A stretch of 64,000 nt of DNA, taken from NCBI RefSeq assembly GCF_009914755.1, contig NC_060947.1. The stretch is one strand, 5' to 3'. Of the stretch, positions 15,731 through 30,330 are shown one piece after another. The DNA is from the human T2T-CHM13v2.0 reference genome, Homo sapiens. Under the pieces are notes generated by a model. It was not told the DNA's origin. It made no database searches and saw nothing but the letters and a program-made list of their open reading frames with translations. Positions within the stretch are counted from its first letter, which is position 1. Every line of letters starts with the position of its first letter. The position numbers were made by a program, and so were the translations under genes.

Positions 15731-15934
15731 TGGAAGTGACCAGCGTAGGCGTTTATTCTATTATTTTCCTGGACTTTTCCGTAATGAAAGTACTTTGTGA
15801 TAGTGTTTAGGGCCAAATTGCATGGGAGAACAATTCAGGAATAAGTTGATAACTCTTTTGAGAAGGATTACTATGAATTGGTTAGGGAGATGCTGGGGAA
15901 GTTTGAGGGGGATGTGGGGTGATGTGGGTTCAGG

Positions 15935-15935
<1 letters not shown>

Positions 15936-15975
<40 letters not shown>
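15936..15975. repeat. (TG)n microsatellite, about 20 units
   Basis: Uninterrupted TG run. Confidence 0.95.
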
Positions 15976-15976
<1 letters not shown>

Positions 15977-16739
15977 TGACTTAATACGGGAGATAAAGGA
16001 GTTTGTTTGTAATCTTGGGGAAATGTTCTAGAAGTGAGGAGAACCATGATATGTGTGAGCGAAAATGGAGAGCTCAGGCTCAAATCCAGCAGGTACCTTT
16101 AGGGTTACAAATAGAGTATTCAGGATTGCGTCTGGATACAGATCATGTTAATGATGCTTATAGTAGGAACAGGAAGGAGCCCCAGGCTGGTGGCTTCATA
16201 TGTTCCAACTGAAGTAAGAGGCGAGGACTTCATTTGAAAATAGGTTTTAAGGAGTGTTAAAGACAAATCATTCAAAAGGATTCCAAGAGTCTCAGAAAGG
16301 GATAGGATACAGGGACAAAACAGATTGGGGCAACTGGAAAAGAAAAGTCCGAGGGATATCCACTAAATCCCTTCAGGAAATATGCATGTTTGAGGAATTG
16401 TAGAGAGATCCGCAAGTAGCTACAGGCTTAACTCAAGGAGAGCCAGGAAACCTGTTCCTATTTCGGTAAAACCAATGAGACAACTGTTCCAATTCTGTGA
16501 ATGGATTTCGGCCCAGGAGAAAGATAACTCTAAGTTGTTTTTCTTTTCTTTTTCCTATTTGGTTTTTATTTGAAGACATGGCTGCATACTTTTATCGTTA
16601 AACCAACCCAGAGTGCTTTGCAGCTTTGTGCATTTATTTGCCTGGATGATAGCACTATTTTCTTTGGTTTGGTTGGAGTCACTGGCCTTGGCTAATGCCT
16701 GCATTTCAAGCTCTTCTTCGTTTTCCAGCCTTCCCTGAC

Positions 16740-17215
16740 TACTTGGCCCCACAGTGCATTGTTTCAGCGCCAGTCCCATTAATCAGGCTTTTGCTAAATC
16801 TTTACAGCTTGGGAAGAATTTTTACTCAAAACATTCAAAACCAGCATTTCACGGAATTCAGCTGTGGCTAACAATAGGAAGCCTTGTTGGTGGAGACCAC
16901 ATTCAAAGTTAATGGGCTTGAAGGAGCATTTCGGAGCCTATTTGAAGGCCTGGGAGCCGAGCCCAGCCTGCCCAGTTATCAGCAGCTCCCGGTGTAATTA
17001 CGATGCTCGGGGCTGACTCAGGAGCCTTGCAGACAGCTCTGGCAGCTGTGAAATGGGGAAAACTCCATGCATCTTCATACAGACTATTCTGAACACTCCC
17101 CTGTAAGATGCACAGATTGGACATGAAAATAACATCAGGGATTGTGTGGCTGGGGCTTTGTACTGCCCTCAAACTGGGGTCATACTGGCCAGGTTTTCCC
17201 CCTTACCACAGACCA
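16740..17215. promoter_or_regulatory. Candidate enhancer
   Basis: Apparently unique, CpG-enriched patch with SOX (CATTGTT, AACAAT), TCF (TTCAAAG), TAATTA, GCTGACTCAG (AP-1/MAF), RUNX (ACCACA x2) and Rel-like GGGGAAAAC words on both strands. Confidence 0.35.
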
Positions 17216-17624
17216 AACACATGCCAATAAATTTACTAAGTCTAAGTTATTTGCAAGTCACGTGCTCTTTGCAAATCAAGAGTAGATTATGAGGATGATG
17301 CCTTCTTTACACAAGGGATTTGAAGCTTAAGGGGGAACCCAGACAGCAAAATTGAGGACAAGGTGCCCTTCCAAATATCTTAAAAGCACTTCTGGGAGGT
17401 GTTTATGCAGAGCATGTATAACACCCACTTTGTCTTCACATTTTAAAAAAACTACATGCTTTTGAACCTTCTGATTGTTCAACTCAAAGTTATATTTTAC
17501 ACACCATGAAATACTCTGTCACTAATGTAGAATAGCTCAGCAATCTGTTGAATAAGGCATAAATTACATTTTTCTAACATCATGAACATTTCATTTTCTG
17601 AATTCTACAGATTGAATATTTTAA

Positions 17625-18015
17625 ATTAGTAGACTTTATTTCTTAGAGAGGTTTTCAGTTTACAGAAAAATGGAACAGGAAGTACAGAGTTCCCATATAC
17701 TCTCCATCCCCACTACCTCTTCCCAACACCAGTTTCCACTATTATTAACATCTTGCGGAAGTATTGTCCATTTGTCACAATTGATGAACCAATTTTGATG
17801 CATTATTATTAACTAAAGTTTACAGTTTATATGAAGATTCACTTTTTTATTGTCATTTTCTAAGAGTATTTTTAAGTACATAATATCTTGAATTAATTAT
17901 TACAATGTCTTACAGAATAGTTTCACTGCTCTAGAAATCCTCTGAGATCCGTCTATTCATCCCTCCTCATCTTTCCCCAATCTCTGGAGACCACTGATTT
18001 TTAGTGTCGCTATGG
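17625..18015 (-). mobile_element. L1MC1/L1MD-type 3' end
   Basis: GTTTACAGAAAAATGGAACAGGAAGTACAGAGTTCCCATATAC...CAATTGATGAACCAAT...AATAGTTTCACTGCTCTA. Confidence 0.8.
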
Positions 18016-18038
18016 TTTTTAAATTTTTAAATATTATA

Positions 18039-18211
18039 CAATTGGCCCTTGAACAGCATGGGTTTGATCTGTGTTTTTTTCAACCAAATTCAGGATGAAA
18101 ATACAGTATTTGCAGATGTGAAACCTGGCACATGGAGGGATGAATCCACATGGATTTGGGTATAGGCAGGGGACCCGAAACCAACCCCCTACTTATGCCG
18201 AGGGACTACTG
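18039..18211. mobile_element. MER8-like TcMar-Tigger MITE
   Basis: TA-flanked; ends CAATTGGCCCTTGAACAGCATGG and CCGAGGGACTACTG. Confidence 0.7.
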
Positions 18212-18658
18212 TACATTTTGCCTCTGAATATCTTCTTTTTTCAAATCTCTATTTTTCTCCTGAAATTGGCCAATGCCAAGAGATTGTGGCAGTAGTTTTA
18301 GATTCAAATATTGTCATATTTTACATAGTTTTTTTTAAAAAAATTAAATTTCATCAAATGTTAATGGACTTCTTTGCTTTTGTATTAATAACAAAAATTA
18401 TTAAATATCCCTGGACAAAATGAAAAGAAATATGTAACGAGTATTCTAGAAATAAAATATATGTTATAGGGTTGTGATTTAAATTTAAAGAAATATATTC
18501 CAAAGCACTTCGATGAAGTATGATTTGAATTATCTGTATAAACTGTCATATAAGTGTAAAACACACAATTCTAATCTACCTGAAATTTTTAAAAAAATTA
18601 TATTCGGGCACTTACAATTGACTCACAAAATGTATCATTACTTTTAAAAGTAAATATT

Positions 18659-18988
<330 letters not shown>

Positions 18989-19346
18989 TTAAAAGGTAAA
19001 TATTTATATACTCTTGCCTTTCCTGAGGCCATAGGTATGGGCTGAAGACGGGTGACTAAGTCTCACAGTTGGCTCATTGGGAGTGAAGTCATCTTCTTCC
19101 CCAGACATCCTTATCACAATCTTCCAATCTTGTTCTTTTGAAGACAGTGAGCAGCTAGTCAAACCAGCAGGCACTTCCCATGGGCCACTTCTGGTCCATG
19201 CCTCAGGCCATCTTTCCTTCAAAGAAAAAGGGATAACTGAATGTATTGCTTGAAGTCCTGCTCACTTGGAAGTTTCTCTTCACCTTCCTATTTCACTATT
19301 CCCATTTCATAGGGAAAGCCTGCTATGCATGTCCAATGTCAAGATT

Positions 19347-19911
19347 TGTGGGATGGGGTGTTTTAAAATACAGGTTTGATCATTATTCAGGTATGGTGAG
19401 GCTAACAAGTCTCAGGAGATTATTTCCATTGAAAAGATAGCTTGTTACTCACAGTTCCCAGAGGGCAGAGCAAGCCCGGCCATGCAGAGCCACACAAGGA
19501 AGCACTGGGGCCAGTCAGGAGGCAGAGGGAGCCACAGGAAAATGTGGATAAGAGCCTTTACTATGGTTTTCCTTGGAAGGAATGGACAAGACAGGGAAAG
19601 CAGGCTAGGCAGGTTTACAATGGACTAGTTTGAATAATTTCAGCGAGCCCTGGGGAATATAGACTCCCCATAGTTTTCTGATTCCTGACTCTGAGGTGAT
19701 TAGTGGGGAGCAGGGGGTGGGGGATGGTGGGGGAATAATGGTGCAGAGTGTAAGAGCCCAACTGGTGAGTTTGCCTATGAAAGACATGCTCCCTGGGGAG
19801 CCATATGATATATCCAGGAATTTGCTAATCTTGGGAGGGGCAGTCCAACAAAAATCAGTAAGGCCCCAGATGTCAAGGCCTCACGATACAGAATTAAAGG
19901 CACAGTTAACA
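19347..19911 (-). mobile_element. ERVL-class LTR (MER74/MER73-like)
   Basis: GTCAGGAGGCAGAGGGAG...AAGAGCCTTTACTATGGTTT...CTAGTTTGAATAATTTCAGC; TG...CA ends. Confidence 0.65.
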
Positions 19912-20369
19912 TATGGGAGTCAGATGGCACACAGTTCATGATGAACCGTTTGCGTTTCATGCTCACTTGCTGTAGTGAGCCAGGGAGTGGTTCTCAAATG
20001 GAAAACTTTAGGCAGAAGAGGGCATGAGTTGGCTCTGGAACACCACTGGGCTTCTCCAGAAGCTTCATTCTGCATCCTTATCTACTGAATTGCAGAGTAG
20101 GATGGAATACATTCTACAGAAGAGGAGGAGTGGTGCAGCCAGAGAGTGCCAGGAGAGGCATTCATGCAACCAGGGCACCTTTCAGGCTTGGTGTTCCTCC
20201 AGGTCAGTCTGATATTATCTGGAGAAGCAGTGTGATCCACTCTACTTGGGTCACTTACCACCCCCTGCACCTATTAAGTGTGGCCATGAGGTCATCATGA
20301 TGGAACACAAAATGCTGGCCCAGAGTGGGAAGCGTTTTATTTTTTTCAGTGATTCAGGAGAGTGTATAT

Positions 20370-20406
20370 GTTTGTGTGTGTGTATGTGTGTGTGTGTGTG
20401 TGTGTG
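20370..20406. repeat. Imperfect (TG)n
   Basis: Direct reading. Confidence 0.9.
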
Positions 20407-20567
20407 CAATGCATATCGTGTATCATGAGAATTAGCCTTTCCTTGTATGTTAGATTTTTAAGTACATAACAATGTCAGTATTGCACTCAGCAGCCTTCCC
20501 TTCCCATCCTCCAATATAGTACCCATGGGTGGGCCCCTGTGCTCACTTCCACCTTGGCATGGAGCAC

Positions 20568-20932
20568 CCATGTGTAGTTTGGAAAAGGCTGTGCACAGTG
20601 TCCACCACACCAGTTCTGACTCCAGGGCACAGATTCCCCATCCTCCCTTTGCTGTTACATCGGAGCACATGACTACATTCTGATCCATGGAATAGAAAGA
20701 AGGATATAGCTGCTTCCAGGCCTGCCCCATAACCTTGTCCCACAGAATGCATTAGGTCTCTTATCCCCTGCTGGATGACGTGGGAGGTCAACCTGTTCTA
20801 CACCCCACAGCTGGTGGATACAGGAGGACACCCTGACTATGGTATAGGTGAGAAATTAATCTTTCTTAGGTAAAGTCATTGAAATGTGTAAGCGTATTGG
20901 TAGCCATGTCAGTCTATTCTATCCTGACTAAT
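20568..20932 (+). mobile_element. Old MLT1 (I/J/K-like) LTR
   Basis: CACATGACTACATTCTGATCCATGGAAT...CTTCCAGGCCTG...CTATCCTGACTAAT. Confidence 0.55.
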
Positions 20933-22967
20933 CATAATGTAGTTGGTATATTTTGAAGGGGTTTTTTGGGTATATATTTTGTTTTTGTTTTTGTTTTTGT
21001 TTTGCTCCTCTACTGTGAGTAACTTGAGGTTAGGTTTTTGGGTCTGAGGAACTTGTAAAGTGCTTTTTTGCTTTTTACATTGTAAGGTCTCAACAATCAA
21101 TTAGTGAATAAAGCTAACAAGAGAAGGGTGATGATTAAATATGTAATATAAATGTAGATACAGATATTTCAATAAACATATGTGAGAGAGATATATATAT
21201 ATCTCACAAAGTAGGAAATATATATATATCACAAAGTAAAATATATATGTTTTTTATATATATAATAAAATGGATAGAAGTAGTAGATTATTTGTTTTTT
21301 TATTCATTGATTTGCTTTTCCCTCTTCTGTTTTCAATTATTTATTTCTAGCTCTTAGAAAAAGTTTAGATTAAATTGAACTAAATTTTAGATTACATTCC
21401 TGTTTTTACAGAAACAATTTTAACTGTAATAGATTCTTACAAAGGTAATAAACAGCAAATTGAAAATATATTGCCATGTGCATTGAAACTCAGTCTGTGG
21501 CCTTGACGTCTAATGCAACCCATATGGGTTATCAAATTGTGGTAATGAGATGCAGAGTAAAACAAGTTATTCATGGGGGAAGCACGGAAATGTAAAAGGC
21601 ATAATGTAATCTTTTATAAGGCATTTATTTTTCCATCACATCTGTGATGAGACACTTTTTAGCAACAGTAGGATCATCAACAATTGTCTTTTCTGGGGAC
21701 AGTGGCAGAAGAGGAAGCTCTGCTGGTGAAAGGAAAGCTCATCACTAAAGACCAAGACTGACCTTGTCCACTTTTTCTTTACCTTAATTCTATCACAAAA
21801 GCAGGGCTTATCTTATTTGGGAAGGACATCCCCATGATGAGACAGAAAATATCACTAACTTGACAAGGAGAATAACAAGATAATGAGATTTCACCTATTC
21901 ACACTCTATATCTCTGGGTGAAAGACTGTATGAAAATCAGATATTATAAAGATGTAGCCTCCCATCAACTCTATTGGGTAGATATGATTAGACCAATTTA
22001 CAAGTCAGAAAATAGCATGCCCCGAGAGTCAAAGAACTGTCCTGAATTTACACTGTTAAGAAAACTTACTGAATTTTCTCCTTATTACTAAGGAAACAAA
22101 AATCAGAAGGAAAAACACAGACATACACCAAACTCTACAAAATGAAACAATAACTCACAACACACAAGATGGCACAATTTAATCTCACTATCTCATGACT
22201 GTAAATGTAAATAGGTACACAGAAAAGAGGAGGAGCAAATGGACCTGAATCCTAACCTCTCACTCTTAAACCCAGTGCTGGGCACCCTCCTGATCCTGGG
22301 GTTCTGTTTGGCATGGGTGTGCCTGACGATGGGTGCAGATGTGATGTTTTCTCTTGGGCTGTAGCTGGGCACTAACTTCAGACCCATATTCATGGAAATT
22401 CTGAGAGCAGTCAGGTCTCAAATAATCATCTAAACAAGCCAAAAAGCATTGCAGGAGGCTTCGTTCTGCAAAGAGCTCCGTGTTTGCTTGTTTGTTTTCT
22501 TGGTTCTTGCCATTAGGTGTGAGAAGTTGCTTCTCCCTGGCTTATTCCATGATGAAGTTGCCGCATTAGATTTAGTGATTGCTTCACATTGGTTCCAATA
22601 AATTTACAATAAACCAAGCATAGCAGGCAGTTTCGAATGAGGACAAGATTTATTTTGGCTGTTTTAGAACTGGAAACAAACTTAGTGCTTACTCTGAGGC
22701 TCTTATTTCCTTAGCCAGGGTGCTTACCACAGAACTTAGAGAAAGTTCTGTGCACACTAGTCTAAGCAAGGGGAAATGACAGGGGGAATGGGAGAACATG
22801 GGAGAAGGGAGGGAGGGAGACAGAGACAATAAATTTATATTTGATAAGCATAAGTGGAAATATAGAATTGCTGTAGATAGGAAAAACAACAGAATGTTGA
22901 TAAGTGAGTATGAGGTGCATCTTTTTCTTGGTAAAATTTTAAGAAACTATAAATAGACTGATAGTCA

Positions 22968-23302
<335 letters not shown>

Positions 23303-23539
23303 CTTGCAAAAGACCCTCCCCACTCCCTGACTATCCACAAAGTGAAAGATGAAGGTTATTTCTTAGGTGATTTTTTCCATCATATAAGCAAAGTGAAATT
23401 TCTATGCTATTTAACTTTAAAGGAACTATTAATCCCAGTGGTATTAAACTGATGAAGGTAATATAAAAAAAGAGATACTTGTATTACATATTATAAAGGT
23501 AGATTAACTTTGATATTAAAATCTGAGAGAGATCAGGAA

Positions 23540-24210
23540 GTAAAAAAGTTATATGCATACATAGGTGTCATCTCAACTATATAAATATTGATGCAAGGTC
23601 TTTATTTAAGTGAACATTTAAACCAAAAGTATATTAAAAACTAATACCCCATGATGAAATGGTATCTATTTCAGGAATATCAGAATGATTCAATACTAGG
23701 AAATATATTAATGTAATTTGTGAAATGATTAGGTTAAATGAAAAAGAAACAACTTTATTATTTCAATAAGTGCCAAAAAAGAATTTTATAAAATTCAGCC
23801 ATTATTTCTGATAAAACTTCGAAGTAACAAAGAAACAAAAGTAATTAAAATAATTTCAGCCAAATGGCCAAATATGTCTTGAGAATGATGCCATCAAGAG
23901 AAGTTCTGATGGCATCAATAAGAAGAAAGGGGTGCCTGCTATCATTTTTTCTTACAAACATCAATGTGGAAGTGCTATTTAATACAATTATTAAAATTTT
24001 GAAGTGACTCAAACTTTGAAAGGCAAAATTAACATTTTGTAAGATGGTAAAGCCAAAAGAATTAGTAATAACAATAAACTAGTAGAAAACATGGAAATGT
24101 TTACTAAAGTAGCCAGTTACAAAATCAGCATACACATGTATTTCTCCAATAGTCAAACCACATTGAATTTATAACAGAATTAAAAATTTCATTTATAATA
24201 GCACAAACTG
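23540..24210 (+). mobile_element. Ancient L1M ORF2 (RT region) fragment
   Basis: A-rich; ATTTCAGGAAT..GATTCAATACTAGGAAAT..ATTTCAATAAGTGCCAAAAAAG..TAAAATTCAGCC resembles L1 ORF2. Confidence 0.7.
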
Positions 24211-24329
24211 TTAGCAACATTCAAGAGCTCAAGCAACATTGTTCCCATTAGTCTTTCCTAACCAATGTACTAACAAACAACCTTTAAAGAACACAAATTA
24301 CAAAATATGTCAGCTTAAGAATAATGCTA

Positions 24330-25620
24330 TTAATACATTAAGTACCAAGTGACTGGTAGAACTAAGACAAAATATGGGTTTAAAAGGGAGAGAATAGATG
24401 TAATTGTCATATAATCTTACACTATAGATGTAGTATAATGATTAAAGTGTGAGAGAATGGCAATAGCTTATGCCAAAAAAGTTAACTTTTTTTTTGCTAT
24501 GGTAGTTGGTCTTAATACTGTCTTACTGATACTGTTTTGTTTGTAATATAGGATAAAGTATGTGAGTAATTATGAGACATTTAAATTCTCTCATCCCCTG
24601 TATCCTTGACTTTTAATGTAGATTTTCAATGTGGAGCAAGGATGTGATTCAAGAGGTTAAGTAAAAACCTTGCACTCCTAAATTTGCATTGGAAACATTA
24701 ATATGAACCCTCAACGTTTTATATGTTGTTTTCAACTACACCAAAAGCTGTTGAAATAATGACCAATGCAGTAGAAATGACATTCCTAGCTCCCAGATTT
24801 TGATCTTGATACACATTTTCTACTTTAAAAAAACAAGGTTTCTTGGAAAAATGACTGATTCTTGGTCAGGAGCAGGGATGTACAAGATGAGACTAATACA
24901 ACCGGACAAATTGAAAGAAGAAAAATATCAAAGGCTTCTAGAGTCATGGAGCCAGCTTGAAGGAATTCACACTGGTCAAAGCTGTGCCAGCTTGAGCTTC
25001 AGTATGGATAAGATTTGAAATGGATTTAAACTATCAAATATGTTAAGATCTATGAATTGCAAAGATATTTTGAAGTAACACGAATTGTTTCCGTTGTGAA
25101 GATGAGAGATAATCAATTTATTACCTTGAGAACTTACACTTCATTTTTCTGTATAAGCCACAGAATACTAGATGAGAGTTATAAAGTTATTAAACTTAAA
25201 TAAATGAATAAACAAAATGATCAAATTAGAACATTACCATTTTGCAGCCCTCAATAAATTAAAAAATACAGTCATTGAGCACCAGAGACTGATGACATAA
25301 ACAAGAGTGAGAGTGAAAGCCAGAAAATATGTGTCTTTTGATGAGAAATTTCAACTCCAGCTGTGGTCATGCCAAATGAATCATATCTGATTTTGATCAG
25401 ACCAATGAATTCAGCTGCTGATTATCAGGAAATGCAGAAAACACAGCAACCTATTTAACCACAATATAAATGTGCAATAAGTAATATGCAGACTGTGGGA
25501 AACACTACAATTTAAACAACACAGGTTCTTCAACAGATACATTGTAATTGGAAAAGGGAATAGAACATGTAAGACTGAAATTATAAGACACACAAACCAA
25601 ACACTAACCGTCTGACTCCT
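24330..25620 (+). mobile_element. L1MC4/L1MD-type 3' region
   Basis: GTTAAGTAAAAACC..CCTAAATTTG..CCTAGCTCCCAGATTTTG..TTCTTGGAAAAATGACTGATTC..GGAGCAGGG typical of the L1MC/MD 3'UTR. Confidence 0.6.
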
Positions 25621-26786
25621 GAACACCAGCAGCATTCAAACAAAGAAAGAGACTTATGATCAGCATGTTATTTATCCTGACATTTCCAAGTGTCTGCAGA
25701 GCTTAGCTTGATGCAGTTTCTTCTAGCTTGTTATTCCTTTCTTTTTGGAATCTCTATGGGAGATATTAGTAAATATAAATATTCTCAATGATCAGCAGTT
25801 ACCTGCAACGTTTAAGAGTGGCCTTAGGATAGACAATGGATTTGGCCCAGGATGGAGTGAGGAAAATTTTCCAAGAAGACAAGCCCCTTTCTGAAGATCC
25901 AGGTGATATGGAAGCCATGAAAAAAGGCCAGAAGAGTACACAGGAAGAGGAGAAAATGGGAGAGGAATGTAACTACATTTCTTTCATTTTCCTTCCTTTT
26001 CTAAATATCGTGAATTTAGAGAAAAGAAAGACTAAAGAGAAATCAAATCCTTCAAGATCTTTCACGAGGGCCCACTTCCCCATCCTTGGAAACTTAAAGC
26101 TGGGACCAGATAGCAATTATTACGTGCCTTTTCGTTTTCTGCTTAAGTGTGTGGAAATGGCTTAGGTGAAGCAATTGAGTCTCCCAAAAAAACCAAGCTG
26201 GCTCTGTGATGCAAGTAAAGCTGCTAAGGTTTTCATCTGAATTCTGAGAACAACCAGATGCCCAAGAGAAGCATTGCTGTGGGGTAGAAAACATCTACGG
26301 AAAAGGGGAAAGAGCAGAATTCTGCTACCCTCCAAAATGACGTGCTCTGGAGAGCACAAACCAGCCTTTCTAAAATCCAAAAGCTCAAGAAAATTTAGTG
26401 TTTCAGCCACATCCGTAGCAAGTCCAAGGGGAAAGATGTCTAGAAAAATTTGTATATGTCATATCAGTGAAAGTGAAATCTCCGGACAAGGCTCTCTGGA
26501 GGTTTTACTTTTACTGCACCATAGATAGAACAGTAAACCTGGAATCTGTGAAAATGTAGGAGGCTACATAAAGGAGTATTAAGGAAACTTCTGTGAGGGT
26601 GAAAGAAAATTTGTGACCCATGTTATGTAGTCACAACATACTTGGTAAAACTGTGGCCTGTGATAACTTTGGAAAATAGAAAAGGTACCTAACAAATTGC
26701 TGCACTAGGACAAAGAGATATTCATGTAAAATACTTCAGGCGTTGTCCCACCCATGACACATGTACATGAGAAGGTGCTGCAATAA

Positions 26787-27109
26787 GGCCGGGCATGGGG
26801 TTCACGCCTGTAATCCCAGCACTTTGGGAGGCCGAGGTGGAAGGATCACTTGAGGTCAGGAGTCCGAGACCAGCCTGGCCAACATGGTGAAACCTCATGT
26901 CCAGTACAACTACAAAAATTAGCCAGGCGTGGTGGCAGGCGCCTGTAGTCCTAGCTATTCGGGAGGCTGAGGCAGAAGAGTCCCTGGAACGTGGGAGGCA
27001 GAGGTTGCAGCAAGCCAGCATCGCACTACTGCACTCCAGCCTGGGATACAGGGCGAGATTCTGTCTCAAAACAAGAACAAAAAAAAAAAAAAAAGAGAGA
27101 GAGAGAGAG
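26787..27109 (+). mobile_element. AluS with A/(GA)n tail
   Basis: Full Alu; 17-bp TSD AGAAGG(TG/CA)CTGCAATAA at 26770-26786 and 27110-27126. Confidence 0.95.
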
Positions 27110-27291
27110 AGAAGGCACTGCAATAAAAGGAGTGAATGCAGGAAGGGTCAGTCAATTTGCAGACTGAACTTAGAAGAAACATAGAAATTCTGAGAATGGG
27201 AGGTTTGGAAAACGAGCATGTATCTTAACCCCAGGCTCTTTAAAGATGATTTGCAAAATAAGTTAAAATCTTGGGGAAAAGATCAGATCTA

Positions 27292-27591
<300 letters not shown>

Positions 27592-28042
27592 TTATTCTAG
27601 CACACCTTACACACCCAAAGAAGCAGTGACCAAGTCTACAGATGAAGGTGTGTCTCAAAAAGAAGTGCTATTAATAATTTGATTCTAAGACTAACACAGA
27701 ATTAAATTCATAGAAGACCCTTGGTAATTTTGAGACAGTTATATGACAGAAGTGTTAGTTCAAACTGGAAATGTGATTATCTTGAGTTTCCAATTAAGTG
27801 TGGACAAGAAGCAGACTGAGAAATCTGTTTGAAGGGCGTGTTTTCTTCTTATTGAGCAGCTAAAGAGAATGGTGGAAAGAGATGATAGCTTGGAAAGTGG
27901 AGCCAAGACCCTTCAAGAACAATAGACTGGGAAGTCACTCCCAGGAAACTGACTTAATCTAGGGATAGCTCCCACCCCTAGAGTGGTGCTTGCAGTATTC
28001 ACAGTCATCTGAGTAATGAGTTGAATTTTCATAGGCTCATAT

Positions 28043-28515
28043 TAATGGAGGAGACCACCCTTCATGTTGTCTTATGCCCAATTTCTACCTCCAAAGAAAA
28101 AAAGAAGTAAAAACTAAAAGGCAGAAATGAAACCCACAGGCAGACAGCCTGGCGCCACACCCTGGGTCTAGTAGTTAAAGATCGACCCCTGACCTAATCG
28201 GTTATGTTATCTATAAATTACAGACATTGTATGGAAAAGCACTGTGAAAATCCCTGTCCTGTTCTGTTCCGTTCTAATTACCAGTGCAGGTGCATGCAGC
28301 CCCCAGTCACACGTACCCCCTGCTTGCTCAATAGATCACAACCCTGTCACACGGACACCCTTAGAGTTGTAAGCCCTTAAAAGGGACAGGAATTGCTCAC
28401 TCAGGGAGCTCAGTTTTTGGAGACGTGAGTCTGCCGATGCTCCCAGCTGAATAAAGCCCTTTCCTTCTGCAATTCGGTGTCTGAGGAGTTCTTGTCTGCG
28501 GCTCGTCCTGCTACA
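28043..28515 (+). mobile_element. HERV-E-family solo LTR (LTR2B-like)
   Basis: TAATGGAGGAGACCACCC...GTCTGCGGCTCGTCCTGCTACA; 4-bp TSD ATAT; AATAAA 28450-28455. Confidence 0.85.
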
Positions 28516-28725
28516 ATATGGCCAACTCTTCAATCTGTGTAGTTTGTGAAACAGAAAACAAGACAGTTATAATTTGTCATTTTGTATTTTCTAATGCTTT
28601 ATGAATTTTGTAAACATATGTCTATTTTTTTAAGTATCAATGTTATCTGGATGGGGATATTAAAAATCTTTTTTTATTTTCTTCATTGTGCTTTTGCATC
28701 TCAAAAAGTAAATTCAAGTTATTAT

Positions 28726-29343
28726 TGATATAGGAGCTAAAAAGAAATTATGAGGCAGATAGTGAGGGTAACAGAGCCCTTGGTAAGATTTTCCTTTTAA
28801 TAAAAAGCAGCCCCAAATCATTGCTTTTCCAAAAAAACAGCAGCCTGAAGAATCAAGCTGCAAGCATAGATAAGCAAGCTGGAAGCTTGCATAGATGAAT
28901 GCCAGCAGCTGTGCCAATAGAAAAGGGATACCTGGAAGCCAGGTATACTCAACATAGACGTTCCCTCTTCCCTTTTCTTTGTGTGCCACGTGTGCTGTAA
29001 AAGAAGCAGACAACATGGCTTCGACCAGGTAGAGACCCAATTTGCATAATAAAAGATTAGGGTGGGATGGCCAGCTTCTTCTCACACTACGTAAATGGCA
29101 CACCTGGTCCAACCAATCCTCTGTGCCCTATGTAAATCAGATACTGCCTCCTCAAGCTTATCTATAAAACCAACGTCTGGCTGCAAGAGGGGAGATCCAT
29201 CCGGAACCCATTCCCTCTGCACAAAAGAGCTTTTCTATTAAACTCCCACTCTTAAACTCACTCCTTGTGTGCCCACATCCTCAATTTCCTTGGTGTGAGG
29301 CAACAAAACTCGGGTATTACCCCAGACAAATGATGCCACTTCA
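28726..29343 (+). mobile_element. ERV1 solo LTR (MER50-like)
   Basis: TGATATAGGAG...CCCAGACAAATGATGCCACTTCA; TSD TTAT/TCAT; contains CCAAT, TATAAAA and ATTAAA. Confidence 0.75.
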
Positions 29344-30033
29344 TCATTAAAGAGTATAACTAATGTACAAGAAATTCTAATTCTAGGATCTTCTATTGAA
29401 ACATTTCAGACAACTAGGTAGATTAAAGGAAAAATATCTGACATAACATTTTAGAAAAAAAAAATCCTTTATTGCCTCAAAGTTGAGGACCAGAACTTTC
29501 GAATTTAAAGACTAGATATACAAACTACTCTGTAGTCATTACAGTGATCTCGATGCATTATTATTGTCATGAATATATGTTTCTAATATCATACTAAGTA
29601 GTAAAAAGGAAGTTTATCCATTAGTACATGTAACTATGATCCAGTTTTTGAGTTGTACATGTTTATAGATATGTAACTACCCAGGCAATAGTTTGGATTC
29701 ACAGAAAAATGTGTAAAATCTTAAGAAGTGGTTTACTCTCAAAGAAGAAACTGTGGCCCTTTACGTTTTCACTTTTGGTTTTGCATATCTGTGTTTTCTA
29801 ATTTTGTTACAAAACATGTAGAAACAAACGAGAAATCTTTTGTAAAGCCCCTACATATACTTCTAAGTTGATTACATTTTATAAAAATAAATTGATGAGA
29901 TAAAATATGTTATGATGTTAGACACATTCAGCAAAAGTAAAACAAATCTAATTAAATTAACTCTCAATCTTGAACTCTGCATATAATTAGAAACCAGTAT
30001 GAATGTTTAATATTAAATAAATTAGAAAAAAGG

Positions 30034-30330
<297 letters not shown>

